A DNA stretch of 64,000 bases from Synechococcus sp. (GTDB lineage: Bacteria; Cyanobacteriota; Cyanobacteriia; PCC-6307; Cyanobiaceae), in contig JBJBDC010000001.1 in assembly GCA_047285535.1 (NCBI GenBank), positions 2,961,340 to 3,025,339 on the forward strand, in the 5' to 3' direction. Shown here in pieces: positions 18,773-29,625 of the stretch. How positions within the stretch are numbered: the stretch's first letter is position 1; each line of letters starts with the position of its first letter. The notes beneath the pieces are model-generated. The model saw only the letters and a program-made list of their open reading frames with translations. It searched no databases and was not told the DNA's origin. The position numbers and the translations under genes were made by a program.

Positions 18773-19474
18773 GTGAAACCTCGTGATTCTGCAGCGATAG
18801 AGGAGTTATTTAATGAGGTGGCTCCTCGCTATGACCGCCTGAATGATTTGCTGAGTTTGGGCCTTCATCGACAGTGGAAGCGTCAACTCCTCTCTTGGCT
18901 AAGCCCACAAGCTGGCGAGCGTTGGCTTGATCTGTGCTGTGGTACTGGGGACCTTGCCATTGCTTTGGCGCGGAAGTTAAGACCGGAGGGCTCGGTTTTG
19001 GGTTTGGATGCTGCAGCCGCTCCGCTGGCTTTAGCAACTGAAAAAGCCAATCAAGAGCCTTGGTTGCCAGTGCGATGGATGCAAGGGGATGCCCTCTCGA
19101 CAGACTTGCCAGATCAGAGATTTGATGGGGTTGTGATGGCCTATGGATTACGCAACCTTGCCGACCCGTTCGTGGGATTTCAGGAGATGGCAAGAGTGTT
19201 GAAGTCTGGAGGGCGTGCTGCTGTACTGGATTTCAATCGGCTGCCTCAAGGGAGTGCGGCGGCAACGTTTCAAAAGGCCTACCTGCGCCGTGTGGTTGTA
19301 CCAGTGGCGACCGTAGTAGGCCTTGAAGATCACTACGCTTATCTCGAAACAAGTTTGGAGCAGTTTCTGACAGGGGTTGAGCAGGAAAATTCGGCTCTCG
19401 CTGCTGGATTTACGTCTGCCCACCATCGTGTTCTAGTCGGAGGTCAGATGGGTGTGCTGCTTCTCATTCGTTAA
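18773..19474 (+). CDS. menG: UbiE/MenG quinone methyltransferase
   Basis: YDRLNDLLSLGLH, LDLCCGTGD, YGLRN. Confidence 0.9.
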   Translation: MKPRDSAAIEELFNEVAPRYDRLNDLLSLGLHRQWKRQLLSWLSPQAGERWLDLCCGTGDLAIALARKLRPEGSVLGLDAAAAPLALATEKANQEPWLPVRWMQGDALSTDLPDQRFDGVVMAYGLRNLADPFVGFQEMARVLKSGGRAAVLDFNRLPQGSAAATFQKAYLRRVVVPVATVVGLEDHYAYLETSLEQFLTGVEQENSALAAGFTSAHHRVLVGGQMGVLLLIR

Positions 19475-19557
19475 GGATGGTTGAGGCCTGCTGAGTTGCT
19501 TGCGATCTTCCTTGATATGGGATTAAGAAAGAAAAGCTTAAGAAATGGAGGTTTGCG

Positions 19558-19911
19558 TTGGCCTTTCCTTTCCCTTCATTGCTGGCTTCGATCGAAGATC
19601 TTTTGGTCGAGGTGGAATGGTTGGACGGGATGATCCTCGTCACTGAGTCCCAGAAGGCCACCTTCGTGTCCCTGACGCAAGTGAATCCTGTGCTGACCAG
19701 ATTGCGTTCCAGGCCGCGTGGCGCAGAAGTTGCCGAAAAGTTGAGCTCGTCACTGTTGAAAGCACAAGGGAATCGTGCCAGTAAACCTGTACTGGTTTTT
19801 CAGGGGGATGGGCGCTTTTGGTTGGGAATTGTCAGCCCCAGCTTGTCCCGATCTGATCCTCAACGACGGCGCGCGATTTCACATCTTTATCGCTGTTTCT
19901 CGCAGGGCTGA
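19558..19911 (+). CDS. Hypothetical protein
   Basis: 117-aa ORF with core-like composition; PVLVFQGDGRFWLG. Confidence 0.65.
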   Translation: MAFPFPSLLASIEDLLVEVEWLDGMILVTESQKATFVSLTQVNPVLTRLRSRPRGAEVAEKLSSSLLKAQGNRASKPVLVFQGDGRFWLGIVSPSLSRSDPQRRRAISHLYRCFSQG

Positions 19912-20170
19912 TGTCTGTCATGTGAAGGCCATCGTCGGTCCTTCTAAGTTAATATTAAATCTTTGCTTGGATGCAACTCTTGATGATCGATTTGTTTTCC
20001 GCGTGTTGAATCAATGGATGTTTTTTGTTTTAAGAAGAAAAATTCATTGACAAGTGATTATTTTGCTTGAATTTAAATTATCTATTGATCTGTCTTTTCT
20101 TTTTGAGTTGGCTGTTTGTTCTTGCGGTATTTCCTGTGGCTGCTAGCTTTTTAGAAGTACATCTCATTGA

Positions 20171-20764
20171 TTGAAGAGGCCCTCCACGCTGGCTTTATTT
20201 GTAGCTGTTGCAGGCCTCGGCTTGCTGAGCTTGCTTCTTTATGCGGGGTTTTTTTACTCCAATGCCAGACGTGCCGTTCAGTCCTCGAGTGAGGACAATA
20301 GCTCTGTGTATCCGTCCAAGGAAGCGGCTGAAGATGTGGCTAACCAGTGGATTGCCCTTGGCGGTGTTTATGTCGTGCAGACCCTGAAGAACGTCCGGCG
20401 ATCTGTACCTCTATCAGAACTCGAAAAGATAAAACTTAGGTCCCAACGAGAGCAGTCTTTAAGGCGCAAAATTGAGGATCGATATAGTGCGTGCCTTGCC
20501 CAGGCTGAGAATGATCTGGCGAAGGAATTGTGCTCATTTGGTCCATATGGTGTGCAACCAGATCCTGAGACTAAGATTCCAAAGGTCAAGACGATTGAAG
20601 TGAAGCAGGTTCAAAATGCTGAATATCCTCGTCGAAAATGTACCCATGTGCACGAATTAAGATCGTTTGATTGTGTCGAGCTGGATGTTGCTCGTGACTC
20701 TATTGTGAGTGATCTTGACCCTGAGCCGATGCCTGTCAAGGTCCGTCTTAGATTTAATTACTAG
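20171..20764 (+). CDS. Membrane-anchored hypothetical protein
   Basis: N-terminal TM segment and four Cys; 197 aa in the AT-rich insert. Confidence 0.6.
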   Translation: MKRPSTLALFVAVAGLGLLSLLLYAGFFYSNARRAVQSSSEDNSSVYPSKEAAEDVANQWIALGGVYVVQTLKNVRRSVPLSELEKIKLRSQREQSLRRKIEDRYSACLAQAENDLAKELCSFGPYGVQPDPETKIPKVKTIEVKQVQNAEYPRRKCTHVHELRSFDCVELDVARDSIVSDLDPEPMPVKVRLRFNY

Positions 20765-21910
20765 GTTTCATAAATGTTTCCAGAGTCAAGGCCTTCATCC
20801 ATTGGTCTGTGCAGGGTATTCAATTGATTGGCAAGTGAGAATTTAATCTGTTGCTTGACTACCTCTGAATCGTATGTGGTTGCCTTACTATTTAAAAAAA
20901 TAATTGTCAAATCCATTATGAAAGATAGGGGTCTAAGTCTCTCTCTGAATGTAGTCTTTGTGCTTTAAGTGGCTGGCCAAATCGTATGTCAGTATCTTGC
21001 TGTGGAAGTCTCTTCGGTTTTTTATATTTCAGAGATCAATTGTGAAGATGTGATGATTGCGCTGAGCCTGAATCAAGCTGATTCACAGCCCTGGCTGTCT
21101 TGAGTTGTTGGTAATTGTTATGCCGGTGTTCCAATCGATTCAGAGTGGTTTGGTCTGTATTGCCTAGCGACTCGGTTGAGAAATATGGAAGCCTTTGCTT
21201 CTTCAGGGATGCACCGAAGCCTTGGCTGTCTGGGGTGAGTGCAGTGAAGGATAAAAATGAGAGGGCTCTCAAACCCTCTCAGTGGGTCTTGCTTCCGCCT
21301 AGTCACTATGGCTTTTTCGTCGGTAGGGATGTGACAAGCAGGCGGTTAAGTCGCTACTAAATCAGTCTGAGGTGAAAATGAGGCGATATCAAGAAGAGTG
21401 ATTGTCTATTGCGGACCACTTTGGTTGATGCATGCAGCCCGCTTGAGTCGACAATCACTATGAAGAGTTCTCGATTGGATGACCCTTGAGATAGTGGATT
21501 GCTTTTCGTTGGTCAAGAAAATGATGCTTTCTAAAGAGAATCTAGGTCTGGCTTCTGTTCCCTCGAAGTGGGGTCTGGTTGTGTTGTCTTTGTATTCAGT
21601 TGAGAAGTCTGTGCTCGTCTAACCTTCATTGCTAGGAGTTCTCTGTGTTGCCTGCCTGTTTCGGATGAGTCCAATGAACGTGAATGGCTGGCGATTTCTC
21701 GGAACTCAGTGAGCAATACACATAAAGGTGCTTTTAAATCAACTTTATCGTTGTGTTTATTTTGGTTTGCCCAACAAATTGTCAATTTTTTCGTTTTCTG
21801 CCATCATCATTTGTTCGCAAGGAATGTTGTCGTTTGAGTTTTTGTGTGGAAGGCATTTGTCCTTGCTTCGCGTATTCAAGTCAGAGTATTTTGTGTCTTG
21901 GCAGTCTTTT

Positions 21911-22666
21911 TTAGCGGAGATAGAGGGCACTATGGCATGCCTCGATTGCATTTGTGTCTTCTGTTGAAACCCATAGATAATCCTGATGGGTACCATCCCA
22001 GCCTGGGTTTTTTTGTTTGTTGAAATTGCTTATATTTCGCTGTAGCGTAAATCTGTTGCTCAACAATAAATTATTGATGTCAAATGCATTGGATTTTCTT
22101 GTTTCGACGATTAAAATTCTTGGCAATGGTCCTTCAAGCATGCCTTTTAGAGCAGAAAGCTCAAAGCCTTCTATATCTATTATCATGATGTCGATCCTGT
22201 TTGCACCACACTGACTAATTAGATCACTAATTGTATTCATTGGTACTTTGATTAGCTGTTCTCGTTTCGGCGTGGACCCGAATTGGATTACATGCCTAAG
22301 AAAAGAATAAATATTTCTTAGTGAACTTGTCATGGTGTTTCTTTTTGCGTCTGATTTGCACGAGCCTGTAAGGGCTCCTTCTGCAAAATTCCCAGTAATA
22401 AACATGTCTTTATTCTCCCCTATAGCACAATTGAATAGCCAAGAATTTGGTCTGTTTTTGCTTAGTTGTTGATATGCTTTAGGTGATGGTTCTACTAGCA
22501 ATCCTTGCCATCCTAGAGGCTCAAGGTCAATGGTATTGTTTTGGGTTAAGCCGTCATTTGCGCCAGCTTCAAAAAAATAATGTTTTTCGTCCGGTTCAAG
22601 AGAGGATAATGCTTTTGCGATGCTATAAATTTTACTTGGTAAATCAATTTCTGCTTCGGAGTTCAT
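21911..22666 (-). CDS. FkbM-family methyltransferase
   Basis: FFEAGANDG...SNT-like NNT, WQGLLVEP, IDIEGFELSALKG. Confidence 0.9.
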   Translation of the reverse strand: MNSEAEIDLPSKIYSIAKALSSLEPDEKHYFFEAGANDGLTQNNTIDLEPLGWQGLLVEPSPKAYQQLSKNRPNSWLFNCAIGENKDMFITGNFAEGALTGSCKSDAKRNTMTSSLRNIYSFLRHVIQFGSTPKREQLIKVPMNTISDLISQCGANRIDIMIIDIEGFELSALKGMLEGPLPRILIVETRKSNAFDINNLLLSNRFTLQRNISNFNKQKNPGWDGTHQDYLWVSTEDTNAIEACHSALYLR

Positions 22667-23339
22667 GGAAATGATAAAGGTTGTCTAAATCACTTTATCG
22701 TTCAGGCCCAGATCCCGCTAGGTGTTTTCGGGTTTCAATATGTTGTAGTCCGTTAACGCCGTGATGTGAAATTTCTGATGTCTTTGCATTGTTGCTAGTT
22801 GTTGGTTCGCGGATTTTCCGCAAACTGAACTCTATGCTGTTGTCCTTTTGTCTTCCGGCTAAGTTTTTTTGTTTTGTCTCTCGTATTCTTTGTCTTTGAT
22901 GAGAGTTGTTGAATCAAATAGTCCTGAAGTTATCTATTTGTTTTCGCGGATGTAGTTTCGCTCTGTCTTGGCGCTTCGGGAATGGCTGTGCAATGAATGT
23001 ATGGCATCCTATCCAACAAGTTGTGATTTTTCTATAAGGCTTTCTGGTGCGGTTTTGTTGTTCTTGGCGTTGTTGTCTTTTGAATAGCTGTCTTGACTTG
23101 TATCGATCGATAAACTATGGGTTTTACATGCTGTTTTGAGCTGCGTGTAAACGGCGTTGCTTCTTCAGTACATGTGTATTGGTATCGGTTGGAAAGGAAA
23201 GCGCTTTGGGAGAATGGTTTTTTATCACTTCTCGCTTGGCTGGAAACAGCTTTCAGAATACTTTTGATGTCTCGCTCAATGTCGTTCCCAACCGGCTCGT
23301 AGCCGTAGTTAGTCCAGTAATCATGATGGAGATTAATTA

Positions 23340-24230
23340 GTGCACTTCCAGGACATCATCAGCACGCTCAATCGTTATTGGGGTGAACAGGGTTGCGTTT
23401 TGTTGCAGCCTTATGACACTGAAAAGGGTGCTGGAACGATGAGCCCCCATACGGTGCTTCGGGCGATTGGACCTGAGCCTTGGGCGGTGGCCTACCCGGA
23501 ACCTTGCCGGCGTCCCACCGATGGGCGTTATGGCGATAACCCCAACCGGGCTCAGCACTACTTCCAATACCAAGTGCTGATCAAGCCTTCTCCTGATGGT
23601 ATTCAGGAGGCCTATCTCAATTCTCTCGCGGCTCTTGGTATTTCCGCTGCAGATCATGACATTCGCTTTGTGGAAGACAACTGGGAGTCACCAACTCTTG
23701 GGGCTTGGGGTGTGGGCTGGGAGGTGTGGTTAGACGGTATGGAGGTCACCCAGTTCACGTACTTCCAACAATGTGGTGGCATCGACTGCAGGCCTGTATC
23801 GATTGAGATCACTTACGGCCTAGAACGCTTAGCGATGTACCTACAGGATGTGGAAAGCATTTGGGATTTGAGTTGGAATGCTGAACGCAGTTATGGGGAT
23901 ATTTGGCTTCCCTTTGAAAAGGGGCAATGTCATTTCAACTTCGAAGCGTCAAATCCTGATCGTCTGAAACAGCTCTTTGCACTCTACGAGGCAGAAGCAG
24001 CGGATCTCATTGAACAAAAGTTGCCAGCTCCTGCCCTTGATTTTGTACTCAAATGCAGTCACACCTTTAATCTACTCGAAGCTCGTGGCGTGATTTCGGT
24101 TACAGAACGGACCGCTACGATCGGCCGTATTCGTAACCTTGCTCGACAAGTAGCAGAAGCTTGGTTGGCAGAACGAGAGGCGTTGGGATTTCCTTTGCTG
24201 CCAAAAACATCGGCGGTTGTGGGGCAATAA
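23340..24230 (+). CDS. glyQ: Glycine-tRNA ligase alpha subunit
   Basis: [32 protein letters not shown]. Confidence 0.98.
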   Translation: MHFQDIISTLNRYWGEQGCVLLQPYDTEKGAGTMSPHTVLRAIGPEPWAVAYPEPCRRPTDGRYGDNPNRAQHYFQYQVLIKPSPDGIQEAYLNSLAALGISAADHDIRFVEDNWESPTLGAWGVGWEVWLDGMEVTQFTYFQQCGGIDCRPVSIEITYGLERLAMYLQDVESIWDLSWNAERSYGDIWLPFEKGQCHFNFEASNPDRLKQLFALYEAEAADLIEQKLPAPALDFVLKCSHTFNLLEARGVISVTERTATIGRIRNLARQVAEAWLAEREALGFPLLPKTSAVVGQ

Positions 24231-24450
24231 TGATGCAGAATGCTCTAGGAGAATTCACGCTTGATTGAAATTTTCTAAAAATGTTTTGACTGTGTTGGTT
24301 GCTCGATAAAAGGTGGTTACCGCACGATTCATTGTTGGCTAGGTCATTCCTTGATCCATAACAAGCTGACATTTGAGGAACAGTTTGTGCATGGCTCATC
24401 AGGCAATGGCTCTCTTTTCCTTCTTTTTTTAGGGGAATGGTTTAACCAGC

Positions 24451-26436
24451 TTGATCCTTTTGGGGTGTATGCCCTTCGCTCTTTGGCTGGTGCTGTTAAT
24501 GCTCGTGACCCAGCTTGGGGCGGCTTTATCAACTGGGTATCAACACTGGTGTTTGTTTCTCTGCGGCCTTGCTGCTGCTGTTCTGCTGATCTCTCGGACG
24601 TTTTCAATCAGGCCTTGGAAGGTTGTTGGCCTCGTTGGCTTGTTGTGCTGTTTGTGGTTTCGCTCCGCAACAGGTCAGCAGGAGAGTCCTCGAAGACTTG
24701 ATCCACTGCATCTTGTGCCGACGACCGCAGGTCAGGAGCATCTTGTCCTTGAAGGTCGGGTTCTGGCCGATGCACCTGTTCGACAAGGCCGTTGTCAAGC
24801 TCTTGTGCAAGTGGATCGTATTGCTGGGCTTGATCGTGCCGGTCGCACTGAGGTGATTGTTGATCCCTGTGATCAGGCCTTGCGTGTTGGATCTTGGGTT
24901 AAGGCTGCAGGTCACCTGGTGATCCCGGCGGTGGCGTCCCATCCGCTTCTCCCCAATCCAGCGGAACGTCTTGCCGCACGAGGGAGTTGGACCCAGTTGC
25001 GTACGGAGCATGTGGAGCTTCTCCATCAAGATCGGACACCACTGGCCGATGCACGTCGACGCCTTGCTGCTCGATTTCATGGCATGGCCGGCGAGCCTCG
25101 AGGAGGCTTATTGGCGGCATTGGTTCTTGGGAGTGCTCAAGTTGAACTGAGCTCTGATTTGAGAGATGCCTTTCGATCGGCGGGTTTATCGCATGCTTTG
25201 GCCGCTTCGGGGTTTCATCTCTCTGTGCTGGTGGGAACCACGCTCGCGCTATTCCGCAGGCGCTTGAAGTCATTGCGAGGGTTTGCTGGGCTGGGAGCGA
25301 TGGCTCTTTTTCTTGCCTTGGCGGGAGGGCAGCCATCTGTTGTGCGTGCTGTGTTGATGGGAGTAGCCGCCCTCTTGATTCGTGAAAGCGGCGGCCGTGC
25401 CAAACCATTGGGCGTGTTGCTCACCACGTTGGTTCTGATGTTGTTGGTGTCTCCAGCGTGGGCACGTTCCATCGGGTTTCAGCTCAGTGCTGCCGCTACG
25501 GCTGGTTTAGTGCTCAGTTCGCAGCCGTTCGAGAGTTGGCTGATGCAGCGTTGTGGTGGCCGCTGCGTGCGGTTGATCGCACCTGCTTTGTCGGTGTCTG
25601 GGGCAGCGTTGCTCTGGACCCTTCCTTTGCAGCTGGTTCATTTCGGTGCTCTGCCTCTTTATTCACTGGTCAGCAACCTGATTGCTGCCCCTCTGCTGGC
25701 ACCGCTCACCCTCTCGGCAATGGCACTAGCGCTGTTGACGCTGCTTCTGCCAACCGCGATTGCTGATGCGGTCTTACCTGTTGTGTTTTGGCCGGTGAAG
25801 CAGTTGGCAACTCTTTTGATTGCTGTAGTGACTGGGATCAGTGAGTTGCCCCATGCCCAATTGCTCACGGGCCATCCTTCACCCTGGCTGGTGTTGTTCG
25901 TTGTTATTGCCCTGCTTCCGTGGCTCTTGTCTTCGCTGCAACACTGGCGTTGGCAGGTTTTTCCTCTATTCCTCCTGGCCACGTTGGGACAAGCCTTTGT
26001 TCAGCTCAGCGATGACGTTGTGTTAGTTGAGCAATGGGGGAGGCAGTGGTTGCTTGCTCGTCATCAAGGACGAGCAGCACTGATGAGCAGTCATGGGGAT
26101 TTACTGAGTTGTCGTCTGGCTGAGCAACTTGGTCACGGTCATGGACATCGACGCCTGGACTGGGTGATGGTGATCGATCCTGTGGCGAGTGATGACTTGA
26201 GTTGTTGGAGAACACTGGCTCATACTGTGAGGGCTGAGCATCAGGGTCAGCCTGCTTTGCTTCCAGGCCAACGCCTTGAAAGTCCTGGCTTGATGCTTCG
26301 TCCTTTAGGTGGCGATGATCGGCGCTGGCATTTGCGAGTGAATCGGCGGATCCATCGCTTCAAGCAATCAGACGGTGGAGCTTTACGATGGGATGACGCT
26401 GGTGAAGCGTTTGGAGAGGTGGCAGAGCCAGGTTGA
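24451..26436 (+). CDS. comEC: Competence DNA-uptake channel ComEC/Rec2
   Basis: GLSHALAASGFH, PSVVRA, SIGFQLS; start approximate. Confidence 0.9.
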   Translation: MILLGCMPFALWLVLLMLVTQLGAALSTGYQHWCLFLCGLAAAVLLISRTFSIRPWKVVGLVGLLCCLWFRSATGQQESPRRLDPLHLVPTTAGQEHLVLEGRVLADAPVRQGRCQALVQVDRIAGLDRAGRTEVIVDPCDQALRVGSWVKAAGHLVIPAVASHPLLPNPAERLAARGSWTQLRTEHVELLHQDRTPLADARRRLAARFHGMAGEPRGGLLAALVLGSAQVELSSDLRDAFRSAGLSHALAASGFHLSVLVGTTLALFRRRLKSLRGFAGLGAMALFLALAGGQPSVVRAVLMGVAALLIRESGGRAKPLGVLLTTLVLMLLVSPAWARSIGFQLSAAATAGLVLSSQPFESWLMQRCGGRCVRLIAPALSVSGAALLWTLPLQLVHFGALPLYSLVSNLIAAPLLAPLTLSAMALALLTLLLPTAIADAVLPVVFWPVKQLATLLIAVVTGISELPHAQLLTGHPSPWLVLFVVIALLPWLLSSLQHWRWQVFPLFLLATLGQAFVQLSDDVVLVEQWGRQWLLARHQGRAALMSSHGDLLSCRLAEQLGHGHGHRRLDWVMVIDPVASDDLSCWRTLAHTVRAEHQGQPALLPGQRLESPGLMLRPLGGDDRRWHLRVNRRIHRFKQSDGGALRWDDAGEAFGEVAEPG

Positions 26437-26499
26437 ATGCGCACGACTCGAAATCGTGTAGGGGTAACACCCTCGTGGGTTCGAATCCCACCCTCTCCG
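26413..26499 (+). tRNA. tRNA-Ser(CGA)
   Basis: Acceptor GGAGAGG/CCTCTCC; anticodon loop CTCGAAA; long variable arm; GTTCGAATC T-loop. Confidence 0.95.
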
Positions 26500-27458
26500 T
26501 TTAAATTTGTTTAGGGCCACCAGTCCCCTTGCTCGACTGCTGCGCAATTGATCAAGGAGAATCAAAAGAGCGTCATCGTTAGCTGTAAATCGTCGCCTTT
26601 CTGGCTTTTGATTTTAGGACAATCGTTGTGATTTCAGAAAAAATGGTCAAAGTTGTTCGCTCAGGTGAGTGACGGCAGAATATTGACTGTTACCTTCTCA
26701 GTTTCCCTAAGTGTTATCAGTTTTGTTGAAAAGAAATACCATATCTTTTCGGCAGAATCCTCAACTCTAAGTTTGCTAACATCTAGTGCATATTCCACTT
26801 CAAACTTGATCAAGTCATGTTTATCAAAAAACATCCTTTCGCTCGATGAATCATCACAGATTCAAGGATTCAGTGATTGCGATGCACTATGTCATTGATG
26901 TCAATAGAACTCAAAGCACAATCATTAGATCGTTAAATAAACGACAACAACCAACCCAAAACATTGGTCAGGCATGGTCTTGATACAGGGGTTTTAAATT
27001 CCCAGACATTAGTGTAGGTTGCTCGGTGATTATGATTATCATTGACGAGGAATGAGGCCATGTGGATTGGACGCATCCTTCTGCTAGGAGTTGGATCCTC
27101 ATACATTGCAGGCTGGTTCATGAACCAGCCTGATCATCGCAACTATGTTGCCAGATGGATGAAGGCTTTACGCAAAACAACTGGATGGCTACCACGAGGA
27201 AAGCATAGGGTCCGAAGATTTGGCATCAAGACTTTTAGGGCTACATTAAGGAAAGCAAAAACCAATACTATCAATGGCGAATCGAATCTTTTTTCAACCA
27301 GAACCACTGACTTTCTGAGCTCTGATCCTACAACAACCAGGACTTGATCAACCCTGGCTCATTCAACACCCAACGCAATGGGTATCGTTTCTCCTGACAA
27401 TGAAATCAAGATCTTGCAATTCAGAACATTGAATGACTCAACCAATCTGCGCAACAAT

Positions 27459-28367
27459 TCATTCAACCAACCCACGTGGATTTGATTTGGGAATAGTAAT
27501 CTGAACTTGAGCTCGGATTGTCCAATCCCCTAGAAGACTTTCCCCACCATCAAATTCGGGCTTAATGGCATTATAAAAGCCTTCAAGTGAAATCAAAGCC
27601 TGAGATTTGTTTGATAGATTTATCGTGCGTCCAATACCACCACCAATGGGAAGATTCCAAGCTTGGGATAAATTAAAATCAGCGCTGATAATTGGCGAGC
27701 TGATAAGATACCAATTCTTATCTAGTTGATATCGAAGGATTGGCTGCACAACAAAATTATTGATGTCTTCAAGATTAGAGCGATTGTTAACACCCCAGAT
27801 TTGACGTGCTCGTAATCCTGCAGTCCAACGTCCCAATCGCTGAAAGGCCATGAATGCTGGACCAACACCGAACTGATTACTACCAACATCGTTATCAATC
27901 GAAACCGCAAATGAAGGACCAATACCAATGGCTGAAGATTGACCAGTATTGGGAACAAAGAAAAAGCTGGGATTTATAGAATCAAGACCAGATTGATTTT
28001 TTTCATCAAAGCCTACAAGTCCGGGCTGAGCCGTAATTGGATTCAAGCCAAAAACGGGATCAGCGCTTGGCTTATTCACAAAGCGCATCACAGTACGGGT
28101 CACCAGAGTCCAATCGTCAGAAAGCTGAAAAGGTATGACAGGCTGAAACTTCACAACTTGCAAAGACTTATTTGGCTTTGCATGCCTATCAATCACACGT
28201 GGAGCCCACTGTGTATTAGGAATCGTGTTCCACTCAAACCACAACCGTTTTACTTGAGTGAAAGGGTTGCCTTGCAGAGATTGGGATTGTGCAGGTAAAA
28301 TGCAGAAGAAACTTACAAAAAGAGTGCTAATCAGAGCTCTAAACTCTTGTTTAAAAGAATTTTTCAT
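27459..28367 (-). CDS. Putative outer-membrane beta-barrel protein (family often annotated 'neuromedin U')
   Basis: Signal peptide ending AQS; FQPVIPFQLSDDWTLVTRT, QPILRYQL, WNLPIGGGIGR; amphipathic C-terminal strand. Confidence 0.7.
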   Translation of the reverse strand: MKNSFKQEFRALISTLFVSFFCILPAQSQSLQGNPFTQVKRLWFEWNTIPNTQWAPRVIDRHAKPNKSLQVVKFQPVIPFQLSDDWTLVTRTVMRFVNKPSADPVFGLNPITAQPGLVGFDEKNQSGLDSINPSFFFVPNTGQSSAIGIGPSFAVSIDNDVGSNQFGVGPAFMAFQRLGRWTAGLRARQIWGVNNRSNLEDINNFVVQPILRYQLDKNWYLISSPIISADFNLSQAWNLPIGGGIGRTINLSNKSQALISLEGFYNAIKPEFDGGESLLGDWTIRAQVQITIPKSNPRGLVE

Positions 28368-29334
28368 TTGCACGTCTTGAAGCGAGAGTTTGGCGAGGAG
28401 TTTCCAAAAAATGTTGTTTATAACATCGAGCAAAGTGAGAACGGCCCACAAAGCCGAAATGAGTAGCAATATCAACGACGCCGTCAAGATTATTTTCTAT
28501 ACAGAATTCGGTATTAAGCAGTGCATGCCTAACTTGATGCAAACGTACAGACCTCACTACCTCGATAGGAGACATTCCAAATTTTTCCTTGCATCCACTA
28601 AAGAGAGATGTTCTAGATTGATGGAGCAATAAAGATATGTCTTGGATTTCGAATGGTTTTCGAGGCGAATAATTTGTCATTGATACAATTTTCATAGCGG
28701 CCGCGTGCCGATCTTTTCTGTTGAGCACAGTCCCAAGCTTTCTACTGTGATTATCCTCAAAACATTCAAGCAAAATGGATACAACATTATCTTCAATCTG
28801 TTGCTCTGTAAATGAATCTACCAAAGGATCTGAAGAAAAAAGAGCTTTAAGTATTGGCGAAAGCTTTGCGGAAACAAGTTCGCTTGAAAAGATGTTGTAA
28901 TCATTAAAAAAATCTGTCAAGCCTGAACATTTGTACAGATGCAAAACAGACTTCAGATGGTCCACTGGAATCACCACAGAACACAAACACGAGTTGGCAT
29001 TCATATGCAGATCAAGATCTTTCAAACACGAATTAAATCCAAATATTGCTGGTCGTGAAATACTTACACCCTGCGCAATAATCTTCGATGCACTCACCTC
29101 AGAGCAAAGATCAACTGTGAAAGTTAGTCGATCTGGTGATCGATTGGCGTAAATTGCAATCTCCTTATTGCATTGAATGAGGGAAATACGAAGATTCGGC
29201 AAAGGCAGGACCTGAACCAATCCATGAATTGGACCTATTTCCAAAGGCAAAACGCAAGCATCTCGGAATTGCCGATTCAGGATCGAAGCAAAATCAACAG
29301 TGCTATTGATGCAGAACGAAAGAGGCTTCAACAC
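28351..29334 (-). CDS. AraC/XylS-family regulator (EutR-like)
   Basis: C-terminal double HTH FGMSP...RLHQVR...IATHFGF...HFARCYKQHFLETPRQTL. Confidence 0.9.
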   Translation of the reverse strand: MLKPLSFCINSTVDFASILNRQFRDACVLPLEIGPIHGLVQVLPLPNLRISLIQCNKEIAIYANRSPDRLTFTVDLCSEVSASKIIAQGVSISRPAIFGFNSCLKDLDLHMNANSCLCSVVIPVDHLKSVLHLYKCSGLTDFFNDYNIFSSELVSAKLSPILKALFSSDPLVDSFTEQQIEDNVVSILLECFEDNHSRKLGTVLNRKDRHAAAMKIVSMTNYSPRKPFEIQDISLLLHQSRTSLFSGCKEKFGMSPIEVVRSVRLHQVRHALLNTEFCIENNLDGVVDIATHFGFVGRSHFARCYKQHFLETPRQTLASRRANEKFF

Positions 29335-29625
29335 CTTCTCAAGGTGTAGTGGTCGTAATCATCACTAGCGCATGAAAGAAGAGGCTTACTTGTCACTGAG
29401 CCAATCGGATGACAAATTCTACATTTGGTTTGACACTCTTCACAGCGAAAAGGTCTTGAAGTGATGTTGACAAACCACCTCTGAGGTGGATGGTTGTTTC
29501 GACGCAAAACGTTAACACATGCAAAAGAGCAAGCTATGTGATTTTTTATACAGTTTTGAGCGGGTGAGCTGCTCATCATCCGCTTCGATCAAGCAAGTTC
29601 TTCAGCAGACCACGGGGATCAAGCT

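Noticed and set aside
27042..27347. 101-aa ORF with a short hydrophobic start
   Set aside because: No family motif or clear RBS; insufficient support
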